Shown: piece after piece, positions 10,096 to 19,314 of the stretch
Position numbering within the stretch: position 1 is the stretch's first letter
How the letters are laid out: each line of letters begins with the position of its first letter
Source: Candidatus Micrarchaeota archaeon
GTDB taxonomy: Archaea; Micrarchaeota; Micrarchaeia; Anstonellales; JAHKLY01
Assembly: GCA_020854825.1 (NCBI GenBank)
Contig: JAHKLY010000006.1
Coordinates: forward strand, 16,087 to 80,086
DNA length: 64,000 nt
Direction of reading: 5' to 3'
Program-made: the position numbers and the translations under genes
Notes under the pieces: model-generated
The model's input: the letters and a program-made list of their open reading frames with translations, nothing else
What the model was told of the DNA's origin: nothing
Databases searched by the model: none

Positions 10096-10710
10096 TTAAA
10101 TCTGATTAAACATAACATTAAGAAGATTATAGATATTCTTATTTTTTATAAGGAAAATTTTATCTTTTTCATAGAATGCAGTATAATCATTGAAAATCAA
10201 AATTCCTGTTTTTAGAGGGTTTATTTTTTTATTTATTGTTGCTTTTATTTTTTTATCAAAAATAAAATCAGGCCCAAAATATTTTACTTCTGTGATGTTT
10301 TTCTTTTTTTGAATTTTTAATATATACTCATTTAGATCTTTGTGTGCATTTTCTCCTTCAAAATTCTCTATTATAAATTCAGTAAAAGGTTTATTATATA
10401 TCTTTTCTAATTTTGGCACTAAAGAATCTACTACGCCCTGCTTTTGTTTTAACTGGTCCTGTTCTTTTTTTAAGAGTTTTTTGAGTGCGCTGGGAGGCGC
10501 ACACTCAAACTCTTTTTTGCTCTTCCTAATTGTATAGGTCACTAAATCCTTGCCAATCAAATTTTCAAGTGTGTCATAAACATACGGTCTGTACATGCCT
10601 GTTTTCTTGGATAACTGTGATGCGGACAAAGGACCACTTTTAAGCAAGGCCACGTAAATCTTTACTTCTGGATCTGAAAGACCCAGGGCCTTTAACTTTG
10701 TTTCATCCAT
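10096..10710 (-). CDS. TrmB-family transcriptional regulator (short C-terminal domain)
   Basis: LGLSDPEVKIYVALL...YDTLENLIGKDLV wHTH followed by a coiled coil. Confidence 0.88.
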   Translation of the reverse strand: MDETKLKALGLSDPEVKIYVALLKSGPLSASQLSKKTGMYRPYVYDTLENLIGKDLVTYTIRKSKKEFECAPPSALKKLLKKEQDQLKQKQGVVDSLVPKLEKIYNKPFTEFIIENFEGENAHKDLNEYILKIQKKKNITEVKYFGPDFIFDKKIKATINKKINPLKTGILIFNDYTAFYEKDKIFLIKNKNIYNLLNVMFNQI

Positions 10711-10742
10711 TGCACATGTATTACAAAAGTAAGGTTTTTAAA

Positions 10743-10807
10743 GTTGTCGTAAAGAACGACGACACTATCATGATGCAATCATGATGATTAAACACAATAA
10801 TCATGAC
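10743..10807. promoter_or_regulatory. Candidate operator array upstream of TrmB gene
   Basis: Inverted repeat GTCGT-n5-ACGAC next to the TATA/BRE; palindromic ATCATGA(T) at 10767, 10778 and 10800. Confidence 0.45.
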
Positions 10808-10902
10808 ACAATTTTTAATAAGTAAAAAATAATAAAATAAATAAAATATACTTATTTTTTTAATAGATATATTATATTCAAAGTTAAAAAATATAATTAA
10901 AT

Positions 10903-11175
10903 CTAGTTTTTATCTGTGATTTTTATAACGTGATAACCAAAATCAGTTTTAACAGGACCAACTACTTCTCCTGTTTTTACACTAAAGCATGCATCTTCAA
11001 ATTCTTTAACCATTTGACCTTTATCAAAAAATCCTAAATCTCCTCCGTTTTCTCCACTTGGACATAATGATTCTCTTCTTGCAATTGCTTCAAAAGGCTC
11101 ACCGCTATTTATGCGCTCTAGGATTTTTTCTGCTTCTTTTTTTGTTTTTACTAATATGTGACTTGCTCTTATCAA
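10903..11175 (-). CDS. ppiC: Parvulin (PpiC-type) peptidyl-prolyl isomerase
   Basis: ASHILV, CPSG..GGDLGFF..GQMV.EFE, FGYHVI; TTG start after GGTGA. Confidence 0.95.
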   Translation of the reverse strand: MIRASHILVKTKKEAEKILERINSGEPFEAIARRESLCPSGENGGDLGFFDKGQMVKEFEDACFSVKTGEVVGPVKTDFGYHVIKITDKN

Positions 11176-11235
11176 ATTCTCACCATGTGTTTTGAATAGA
11201 TTAACAGGTTGGAAAATTAAAAAGAAAAAAATAAT

Positions 11236-11541
11236 TTATCCGAATAACCCTGCTAATCCTGCAGCTGCTTCTTCTTCTTTTTTACCGTCATCTTCAACTG
11301 GTGCTGCTGCGACTGCGGCTGCTACTGGTGCTGCTGGTGCTGCTGCGACTGCCATTGCTGGTGCTTTTAATGCATCATCCCAATTTACGTCTTTTACTGC
11401 ATCAGCTAAAACTTTTGCTTTTGCTGCGTCTGCATCTGTACCTGCTGCTTTCAAAACTGCCAAAATATTGGCATCAGTTATATCTTTTTCAGCTCCTTTC
11501 AATAAAAGTGCTGCATGTAGATATGGGTCTATTTTTGTCAT
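11236..11541 (-). CDS. rpl12: 50S ribosomal stalk protein P1 (L12p)
   Basis: YLHAALLL, Ala-rich hinge, C-terminal EEEAAAGLAGLFG. Confidence 0.95.
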   Translation of the reverse strand: MTKIDPYLHAALLLKGAEKDITDANILAVLKAAGTDADAAKAKVLADAVKDVNWDDALKAPAMAVAAAPAAPVAAAVAAAPVEDDGKKEEEAAAGLAGLFG

Positions 11542-11558
11542 ATGTATCCCTCCAAATA

Positions 11559-12434
11559 TTATTCTGTTTTTTCATCTTTTGGCTTTTCTTCTGGTTTTAC
11601 ATTTTTACTCAAACCTAAAGCTTGTGAATATACTTCGGATATTAATCTATCCATTATAGATTCACTATAAATCTTTTGATTTATTGCAAAATTAACTGCA
11701 TCCATAAATGAATGTTGTAATAAATATTCTGCATTTTGTGAAGTAGGTATGTTTGTGTTTACTGAAAGTGCAAATGCGTTTTGTAATTCTTGCTTGAAAT
11801 TTAATGTTAATTGTTCTGAAGTTATTTCTAATATCTCTGGTTTGTAAATCAACCCTTCTTCTTGACTTAATAATAATTGTATTCCTACTTCAAAAGGTAG
11901 AACATTTACTTTTCTCAAAGCTTTTGCAACTGGATCTGATATTTTTTCTCCTTCTTTTGCAACTACTGAATCTTTAGCAACGACAATTTTTCCTGCTTTT
12001 ACTTGTGCATTTATCTTTCCTGTTTTTAATTCGGATAATGCTGGACCAGGAAGTAAATCTGTTTCACCTGCAGGCACTATTATATCAAAAGGTGCTATTT
12101 GGCCTGGTTTTGCAGGTACTTTTTCTTTATTTTGTTTGAAAAATTGATACAATTCATAAGAACTCATATTATTTGAATATATAACTGCCACAGGTTCATT
12201 TAAAGAATTTAAAATTTCTGAACTTTGGTTTGTATTTTCTAATGCTCTTTTGATCACTGTTGATTTTCCTACTAAAAATTTTGCTTTGCCTCTTAATCTT
12301 CTTTTCATTCCCTGAAATATATTATCTGGTAAATTTCTTAACCTAATTAAAGCAATTAATTTAACATCTGACAATTCTCTTGAAAATTTTTCTACTTGTT
12401 CTTTTTTCTTAATAATTGCTGGTCTTTCTGTCAT
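11559..12434 (-). CDS. rpl10: 50S ribosomal protein uL10 (P0)
   Basis: PAKPGQIAPFDIIVPAGET.L.PGP motif; lies between uL1 and P1. Confidence 0.95.
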   Translation of the reverse strand: MTERPAIIKKKEQVEKFSRELSDVKLIALIRLRNLPDNIFQGMKRRLRGKAKFLVGKSTVIKRALENTNQSSEILNSLNEPVAVIYSNNMSSYELYQFFKQNKEKVPAKPGQIAPFDIIVPAGETDLLPGPALSELKTGKINAQVKAGKIVVAKDSVVAKEGEKISDPVAKALRKVNVLPFEVGIQLLLSQEEGLIYKPEILEITSEQLTLNFKQELQNAFALSVNTNIPTSQNAEYLLQHSFMDAVNFAINQKIYSESIMDRLISEVYSQALGLSKNVKPEEKPKDEKTE

Positions 12435-12435
12435 T

Positions 12436-13068
12436 TTAATCACTCAATTTTATGGCTTTACCCATAGTTAATTTTACATAAACTGATTTAATATTATGAT
12501 CACTAATTTTTCCTTTTAATTTATCATGAACAGTTTCAATATTATCAACTAAATCATTAATTTCCATATCCTCTGAACCAACTGGACATTGTGTTACTGG
12601 TAAATATCTACCTTTAGTTGTTACTCTTGTTCTTCTTTTTGCTTGATCAATTGCAGATTTTACATTTCCAACTAAAGGAGTTGGTAGTTTTTTTCTTGTA
12701 CCTAAAACTTGACCTAAATGTTTACCTACAACTGCCATTAATTTTGGTTCTGCTAAAAATTCAGAATGATTTGCCATAGTCTTCACTTTATTTTTATTTT
12801 TTGCTAATTCTGGAATTTGATCTCCTGCTATTACTTCTGCTCCTGCTTGTTTTGCTTCTAGAGCAGGTTGACCATCTGCAAAAACTATGATCTTTGGTTC
12901 TTTACCTCTTCCTTTAGGCAATATAATATCTAAGTTTAATCTATTTTCCGGTTTTTTAAAATCGATTCCCCTATAATTTATAATAAGTTCTACAGTTTGT
13001 TTGAATTTTTTCTTGCCTTTGTCTTGTAAACAAGTTTCTAATGCTTCTTTTATTTGTTTTTTATCCAT
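12436..13068 (-). CDS. rpl1: 50S ribosomal protein uL1
   Basis: KKFKQTVELIIN, LPKGRGK, VYVKLTMG; ATG at 13068 after GGAGG. Confidence 0.96.
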   Translation of the reverse strand: MDKKQIKEALETCLQDKGKKKFKQTVELIINYRGIDFKKPENRLNLDIILPKGRGKEPKIIVFADGQPALEAKQAGAEVIAGDQIPELAKNKNKVKTMANHSEFLAEPKLMAVVGKHLGQVLGTRKKLPTPLVGNVKSAIDQAKRRTRVTTKGRYLPVTQCPVGSEDMEINDLVDNIETVHDKLKGKISDHNIKSVYVKLTMGKAIKLSD

Positions 13069-13076
13069 ATTATATT

Positions 13077-13104
13077 CCCTCCTGCTACCAGCAGTACGCT
13101 CGGG
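13077..13104 (-). promoter_or_regulatory. Candidate uL1-binding site in rpl1 leader, overlapping the SD
   Basis: mRNA CCC-GAGCGUA-CUGCU-GGU-AGCAG-GA-GGG: two stems flanking an asymmetric GA / 7-nt internal loop; GC-rich island in AT-rich DNA. Confidence 0.65.
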
Positions 13105-13161
13105 TAAAAATAAGTGTACTTTTAATAAACCCAAGTCTTTTTAAATCTTACTAAGACTTTT

Positions 13162-14145
13162 TCAAATATTTAAAATATCAATATATCTTTGATATTCTAT
13201 AACATACTCTGGAAATTCTTCTTTTAATTTATTAAATATCTCTTGTCTTATAACTTGGATGTGTCCCATACCTGCAATTGCAAAAACGTTATTATATGTA
13301 TTAAGTTCATTAACACATATATTAATCATTGAATTGTCTCTTTCCTCTCCCCATAAGGCTTTAATCAAATTTATTAAATACTTATCAGTATGAGGAAATG
13401 GTGGATATGCATCTTTATTTTCAAGTGCAGAAATAAGATTTAAATTTGAATCAATATATTTTTCAATTGCTTCTTGTGCTAAACGTAAAATTGCGCCTTT
13501 TAATTCTTCGTCCGGTTTCATTAATTTTTTAATATCAGTTAAATAATTTGAAAACCATCCTTTTGTTAAATCCTCATATAAAATATCTACAGATCTCTTA
13601 AGTGCTTCTTCTCTAGGTTTATCTGTTATCTCATAAATATAAGAATTGTTTAACCAAATAAAAATTCCTGCATCAATTAAATTATAATCAACAAAAATTC
13701 CAAACATTCTTTCTTTTTTAGCATCCATTCCTTTAACTGGAATTTTTAATTTATTTGCTAAATATATTGCTCTACTTCCCTCATCTTTTTCTGGTTCTTG
13801 TGCAATAAATTTTGTTCTATCTGAAGAAGATTCAATAAGAATTGAATCTGGATCATACTTTAAAACAACATCATCTAAAATATCTAAAAACCATTTTGAA
13901 CGAGGTTGTCTTCGAACATGAAGCGCCCCAATAAATATTAGTTGTTTTTTTACATTATTTAAAATTAAAGAATAAATTGTAGTTGAATCTAAAACTTGAA
14001 ATAAATCTTTTGCAGATTCTTCCGGTATATTAAACTCTTTCTGATATTTTTCAATTATTGGTTTGCATCTATTAAATTTATCAGTATTAAATTTTGGATA
14101 AGTTTTATTTTTTATTTTATCCCTAAAATTATTAAGTGATTTCAT
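13162..14145 (-). CDS. Hypothetical protein, TraB/Tiki/EreA-ChaN-like fold
   Basis: FIGALH, ILIES, GMD, ERDNSM and AGMGHI follow the motif order of this superfamily. Confidence 0.6.
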   Translation of the reverse strand: MKSLNNFRDKIKNKTYPKFNTDKFNRCKPIIEKYQKEFNIPEESAKDLFQVLDSTTIYSLILNNVKKQLIFIGALHVRRQPRSKWFLDILDDVVLKYDPDSILIESSSDRTKFIAQEPEKDEGSRAIYLANKLKIPVKGMDAKKERMFGIFVDYNLIDAGIFIWLNNSYIYEITDKPREEALKRSVDILYEDLTKGWFSNYLTDIKKLMKPDEELKGAILRLAQEAIEKYIDSNLNLISALENKDAYPPFPHTDKYLINLIKALWGEERDNSMINICVNELNTYNNVFAIAGMGHIQVIRQEIFNKLKEEFPEYVIEYQRYIDILNI

Positions 14146-14243
14146 AACTTAATTAAAGCTTTTTTGGTTTTAAAATGTTTGTATATTTAGAATAAAGCAA
14201 TTATTTATATTTCTTATACTAATTATATTAAAGTGATTAAAAT

Positions 14244-15977
14244 ATGAAATTCAAAACTCTGGCAGAATACTTTGATACAATTGAAAGTGCTTCGTCTAGA
14301 TTAAAAATGACTGAGCTACTAGCAGAATTATTTGACAAATCAAATAAAGATGAAATTGATAAAATTATTTATTTATGTCAAGGTTCTATTGCACCTAGAT
14401 TTAAAGGAATTGATTTAGGAGTAGGCGAAAAATTTGTTATAAAAGCAATTGCATTAGCTACTGGACATGAACCAAAAGAAATTAATTCTAAATTTAAAAA
14501 ATCTGGGGATTTAGGAGATATTGCGCAAGAATTATTAAAAAATAAAAAACAAAGTTCATTATCTTTTTCAGAATTAAGTGTAATAAAAGTTTTTGAAAAC
14601 TTTATAAAATTAGCGAATGTAGGAGGAGAGGGAAGTCAAGATTCTAAAATAAAATTAATAGCAGAATTATTAAGTTCTGCTTCTCCTGTAGAAGCAAAAT
14701 ATATTGCGAGATTCCCTACAGGAAAATTAAGATTGGGGGTTGGTGATCCAACAATTTTAGATGCGTTATCTGTTTATGAAAAAGGATCAAAAGAAATGAG
14801 AGAAGAATTAGAAAGAGCATTTAATTTAACTTCGGATTTAGGTTTAATTGCAAAAAAACTATTTGAAAATCCTAAACAACTTTCTAAAATAACGCCCATT
14901 CCTTTTTCACCTATTAGACCTTCATTAGCAGAAAGAATGTCTTCTGCAGAAGATATTTTCAAAAAATTAGGAAAATGTGTGATAGACTCAAAATACGATG
15001 GACTAAGAATGCAGATTCACAAAAAAGAAAATGAAATAGAAATCTATTCAAGAAACCAAGAAGTATTAACTAAAATGTTTCCAGATATAGTTGAAGAAAT
15101 AAAAAAATTAAAAGAAAAAGAACTTATTTTTGAAGGAGAAGCACTCGCATATGATGAAAAAAATGAAAAATATTTTTCATTTCAAGAAACAATAAGAAGA
15201 AAAAGAAAATATGATATTAAACAAATAAAAGAAGAATTACCAATTCAAGTATTTTTATTTGATTTATTATTTTTAAATGGTAAAAATTATACTCAAGAAC
15301 CATATATTAAAAGAAGAAAAACATTAGAAAAAATAATACCTAAAAAGAATAAAATGATTAAACCTTCTAATATAACTACTGTTGAATCTCCAAAAGAAAT
15401 TCATGAATTTTATGAAAAATGCATTGGAAAAGGATTAGAAGGAATCATTGCTAAAGATTTAAATGCACCATATATTGCAGGTGCAAGAAAATTCTCATGG
15501 ATTAAATTAAAAAAATCATATGGTAAAGTAGCAGATACATTTGACGTAGTTATAGTAGGCTATTATTTAGGTAAAGGACATAGAGCGCAATTTAATTTCG
15601 GCGGTTTACTAACAGCTGTTTATAATAAAGAAAAAGATAAATATGAAACAATTGCACGTATAGGAAGCGGTTTTAGCGAAGAGGAAATGCGAACATTTGA
15701 AAAAGAACTTTCTAAAATAAAATTAAAAGAAAAACCAAAAGAATTAGATTCTGAAATAAAACCTGATTTTTGGGTTTCATTAAAATATGTGATAACTGTA
15801 AGCGCTGATGAAATTTCATTGTCTCCTATGCATACATGCGCTAAAGATTCAAACCCAAACAGCAAAGGTTTTGCACTACGCTTTCCAAGAATGCTCCACA
15901 TACGAGAAGATAAAGATCCTAAAGATGCAACTACTACTAAAGAAATAAAAGAAATGTACAGACTTCAGAAAAACTAA
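14244..15977 (+). CDS. lig: ATP-dependent DNA ligase
   Basis: KYDG active site, EGE, FDLL, EGIIAK, WIKLK, LRFPR. Confidence 0.97.
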   Translation: MKFKTLAEYFDTIESASSRLKMTELLAELFDKSNKDEIDKIIYLCQGSIAPRFKGIDLGVGEKFVIKAIALATGHEPKEINSKFKKSGDLGDIAQELLKNKKQSSLSFSELSVIKVFENFIKLANVGGEGSQDSKIKLIAELLSSASPVEAKYIARFPTGKLRLGVGDPTILDALSVYEKGSKEMREELERAFNLTSDLGLIAKKLFENPKQLSKITPIPFSPIRPSLAERMSSAEDIFKKLGKCVIDSKYDGLRMQIHKKENEIEIYSRNQEVLTKMFPDIVEEIKKLKEKELIFEGEALAYDEKNEKYFSFQETIRRKRKYDIKQIKEELPIQVFLFDLLFLNGKNYTQEPYIKRRKTLEKIIPKKNKMIKPSNITTVESPKEIHEFYEKCIGKGLEGIIAKDLNAPYIAGARKFSWIKLKKSYGKVADTFDVVIVGYYLGKGHRAQFNFGGLLTAVYNKEKDKYETIARIGSGFSEEEMRTFEKELSKIKLKEKPKELDSEIKPDFWVSLKYVITVSADEISLSPMHTCAKDSNPNSKGFALRFPRMLHIREDKDPKDATTTKEIKEMYRLQKN

Positions 15978-16134
15978 ATTAATAAATAAAATGGAAGTTA
16001 TAACTCACATTTTTTTAAATCCAGTACAAAATAAAAAGTAGTATTAAAAATATATGCGCCTTTAATATTTTAATAATTAAATGATTTTAACATTTGAATA
16101 AATCCAAAATTATCAAAAACCGGAGGTTTTTAAT

Positions 16135-16308
16135 ATGGCAATAAGTAGAAAAAGTTTTTCAACACCCTCAAGTACTGCAGGAATATTGGGAGTAGGTTCA
16201 GGTTCATCAGGAGGAATTAAAATGTCTCCTAAATTTGTATTAATTGCAGCAATTATATTCATAATAGTTGTATATGTTTTAACTATTATGTCACAATCAG
16301 CTGTTTAA
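16135..16308 (+). CDS. secG: Preprotein translocase subunit Sec61beta (archaeal SecG)
   Basis: Not in the ORF track; 57 aa MAISRKSFSTPSSTAGIL...GIKMSPKFVLIAAIIFIIVV with one TM helix; GGAGG SD upstream. Confidence 0.85.
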   Translation: MAISRKSFSTPSSTAGILGVGSGSSGGIKMSPKFVLIAAIIFIIVVYVLTIMSQSAV

Positions 16309-16405
16309 TTTTTAAAACTTTGATATTTATTATTTTTTAATTTCTTTTTTTGATTTTTGCATTCTCTAATTTTTAATTTTATGAATGTTTATCCCTAAGT
16401 TTAAA

Positions 16406-17332
16406 CTAGATCTTTTTATTATCTTTTAAATATTCAAAAACTTTAAAACCAGTTAATGCGCCTTTTCCAGCAGCATAAATTGCCTGAGACCAAGTACCAG
16501 TTATATCTCCTGCTGCAAAAATACCAGAAATGTTTGTCATTTGATCTTCATCTACTTTAATAAAATTATTTTTATCCAACTCAATTCCTAAACCTTCAGC
16601 TAATTGAGATGATGGAACAGTTCCAATATTAATGAAGATTCCATCTATTTCTATTTCTTTAATTTCATCATTTTTTCTATTTTTGATCTTTATTTTTTCA
16701 ACTTTATCTTTTCCTAAAATTTCTAAAACTGATGTATTATTATGTAATTCAATATTGTCTTTTGTTTTTACATCATCAATTATTGTATTTGTTGCAATAA
16801 ATTCTTCTGCAAAATCAAATAAATATACTTTTTTACATATGTCTGTTAAAACTTGTGCAGATCTAAAAGCTGAATCTCCCCCGCCGATTATTGCAACTGT
16901 TTTATCTTTAAATAATGGCGCATCACACGTAGCACAATATGCAACTCCTTTTCCTAATAATTCTTCTTCACCAGGAACATTTAAATGCCTATAAACACTT
17001 CCGGTTGTTATAATAACTGATTTTGCTTTTATTGAAAAATCATTATTCCTTAATAAAAATCCTTCTTCTATTTTATCAATGTCTGTTATCTCCTGCATTT
17101 CAAGTTTTACATTTAACTTATCTAATTGTTCTTGTAATTTAATTCCTAACTGAATTCCTGGCGCTGGATCAAACCCAGGATAATTTTCTAAAAAAGGAGC
17201 ATTATTTATTAATCCTCCAATTAAACCTTTTTCTAAAATAATTGTTTTTAAATCTTGTCTTGAAGTATAAATAGCTGCTGAAGCTCCTGCTGGTCCCCCA
17301 CCTATTATTGCTACATCATAAAGTTCTGTCAT
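16406..17332 (-). CDS. trxB: Thioredoxin reductase
   Basis: GGGPAG, ENYPG, CATCD, GGGDSA, AAGD. Confidence 0.95.
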   Translation of the reverse strand: MTELYDVAIIGGGPAGASAAIYTSRQDLKTIILEKGLIGGLINNAPFLENYPGFDPAPGIQLGIKLQEQLDKLNVKLEMQEITDIDKIEEGFLLRNNDFSIKAKSVIITTGSVYRHLNVPGEEELLGKGVAYCATCDAPLFKDKTVAIIGGGDSAFRSAQVLTDICKKVYLFDFAEEFIATNTIIDDVKTKDNIELHNNTSVLEILGKDKVEKIKIKNRKNDEIKEIEIDGIFINIGTVPSSQLAEGLGIELDKNNFIKVDEDQMTNISGIFAAGDITGTWSQAIYAAGKGALTGFKVFEYLKDNKKI

Positions 17333-17341
17333 TTAAATCAC

Positions 17342-18772
17342 CTACTTAAATATCCAAGGTACAAAATTGGAAATAAATCCAATTATTGTTATATACATTA
17401 TACATTTAACTAATACTTTATGTTTAAGATTAATTCTTAAAATATGATATCCATCTAAAATTGGTAATGGAATTAAATTTATTACGCCAACAAAGAAATT
17501 CAATATTAAAATTAAAGCTAATGTTGTATAAACAAATGATAACCATTCAAACCCTTGTTTGAATTTTAATAAAGCTGAAAAACCTTGTTTTGATGCATAT
17601 GAATATAAGAAACCTATCTTACCTTCTTCATTTGCAATTTTTGTAAATTCTCCTTGATCAGTTATGATATGTGCTGTTTCTCCTTTTGTTAAATTTAAAT
17701 TTGAAATATCTGTTTCTCCATTTACTGAAATTATTTCTGCATTAATAGGTAATGCGTCTCCTCCTACTACAAAATATCCTTCTTCTCTTACATTTGCAGT
17801 TACAAATAAAAATAAAATCAAAATAAGAAAAGTTATAAACATAGTAAATATATTTGCTGTTGAACCTGCAACCATAACTCTTGTTTGCTCAATATCTTTT
17901 CTTTTATTTAAATCTTTTTCATCTGGATCAATAAATGCACCCATAGGAATAAATCCAAATAATGCAATTCCTCCAGAGTCTAATTTAACTGCGGGTTTAC
18001 ATAATCTTGATAAAAATCCATGTGAAGCTTCGTGAACTAATAATAAAATAATTAATGCTAAAATTCCTTCAAATAAAGGAAGATTTATACCGGGTAATAA
18101 CAAAGTACCACTTGGTTCAATTGGAACTACTTCATTTATACCTAATATTATTGAAATTAAATTTATTATTACAATTCCTGCATATAAAACTAATGAAGCT
18201 ACTAAGAAAAATGAAAACCCCCCTAAAACTAAAATAGCCATTAATATTATTTGTGTAAATTCAAAACTTTGAACTCCTGCTAAACTTTGTGATGCACCGG
18301 CCATATCTATATTAGAAATTATTGAAACTGCTAATGGTGCTATTAATGGAATAATAAAAAGTAATGTTACTAACATTAAACAAAAACCTAAAAGTAATGC
18401 AGTTACACAATGTTTTAAACTTTCTTTTGAATTTTTAATAAGAAAATAAAAACCTAATAATCCAAATCCCCAAATTAAACCAATATCTGCAAACATTTTC
18501 CAAAAATTAGGAAATTTATTTGCAATCTTATCTATTAATTCCAAACCTTTTTTTGTCCTAATTAATAAAATTCCATAACCTCCATCTAATTTGTATAGGT
18601 TTTGTAAAATAAATCCAGTTATTCCTAATTGTAAAACTATTATCCCGAATTTTAAAACTATTGGGCCTTCCATTTCAAAATTTAATAAAAATAAAAATAA
18701 AACAATTGATACTGCTATTACCAAGAAAGCTAGTGTATTCTTAACCTTTTTATTTTTAATAGAAAAATTCAT
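17342..18772 (-). CDS. Site-2 protease (M50 family membrane metalloprotease)
   Basis: HEASH, GAFIDP, NLIPLPILDG; multiple TM segments. Confidence 0.93.
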   Translation of the reverse strand: MNFSIKNKKVKNTLAFLVIAVSIVLFLFLLNFEMEGPIVLKFGIIVLQLGITGFILQNLYKLDGGYGILLIRTKKGLELIDKIANKFPNFWKMFADIGLIWGFGLLGFYFLIKNSKESLKHCVTALLLGFCLMLVTLLFIIPLIAPLAVSIISNIDMAGASQSLAGVQSFEFTQIILMAILVLGGFSFFLVASLVLYAGIVIINLISIILGINEVVPIEPSGTLLLPGINLPLFEGILALIILLLVHEASHGFLSRLCKPAVKLDSGGIALFGFIPMGAFIDPDEKDLNKRKDIEQTRVMVAGSTANIFTMFITFLILILFLFVTANVREEGYFVVGGDALPINAEIISVNGETDISNLNLTKGETAHIITDQGEFTKIANEEGKIGFLYSYASKQGFSALLKFKQGFEWLSFVYTTLALILILNFFVGVINLIPLPILDGYHILRINLKHKVLVKCIMYITIIGFISNFVPWIFK

Positions 18773-18824
18773 AGAAATTTTTAAGATAACAAATATTAAA
18801 AAGGTGTCTTATAATATCTATAAT

Positions 18825-19304
18825 ATGGAAGAATGCGAAGTATGTGGAAAACATGAAGCAGAGTATATTGCTTCTATTGAAGGCGCTAAACTAAACGTAT
18901 GCGGAAAATGCGCAAGAATGGGAACAATCATTAGTAGTTTATACGATGAACAAAGAAAAGAAGAAATAAGAGAACAAAGAGCTGAAAGACAATCAAAAAG
19001 TATTTTAACTACTGATAAAGAACTAATAGAAACTTTTCATAAAAAAATACAGAATCGTTTAAGAGAAATAGGAATTTCATATCATGTTCTAGCAGAGAGA
19101 TTAAATGAAAAAGAATCATATATTGAAAGAATTGTACAAGGTAAAACCAGACCTGAAGAAAAAACAGCACATAAAATAGAAAAAGAACTGAATATTGAAT
19201 TATTTGAAGAATCAAGCGCACCAATAGGTGGAACTGTTTTTCAAAAAGAACACAAAGAAATGACATTAGGAGATGTTATTGAAATAGAAAGAAAGAAGAA
19301 ATAG
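18825..19304 (+). CDS. mbf1: Archaeal multiprotein bridging factor 1 (Zn ribbon plus HTH)
   Basis: CEVCG...IEGAKLNVCGKC, HTH, C-terminal TLGD; real start is ATG 18825. Confidence 0.92.
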   Translation: MEECEVCGKHEAEYIASIEGAKLNVCGKCARMGTIISSLYDEQRKEEIREQRAERQSKSILTTDKELIETFHKKIQNRLREIGISYHVLAERLNEKESYIERIVQGKTRPEEKTAHKIEKELNIELFEESSAPIGGTVFQKEHKEMTLGDVIEIERKKK

Positions 19305-19314
19305 GTGAAACTTT

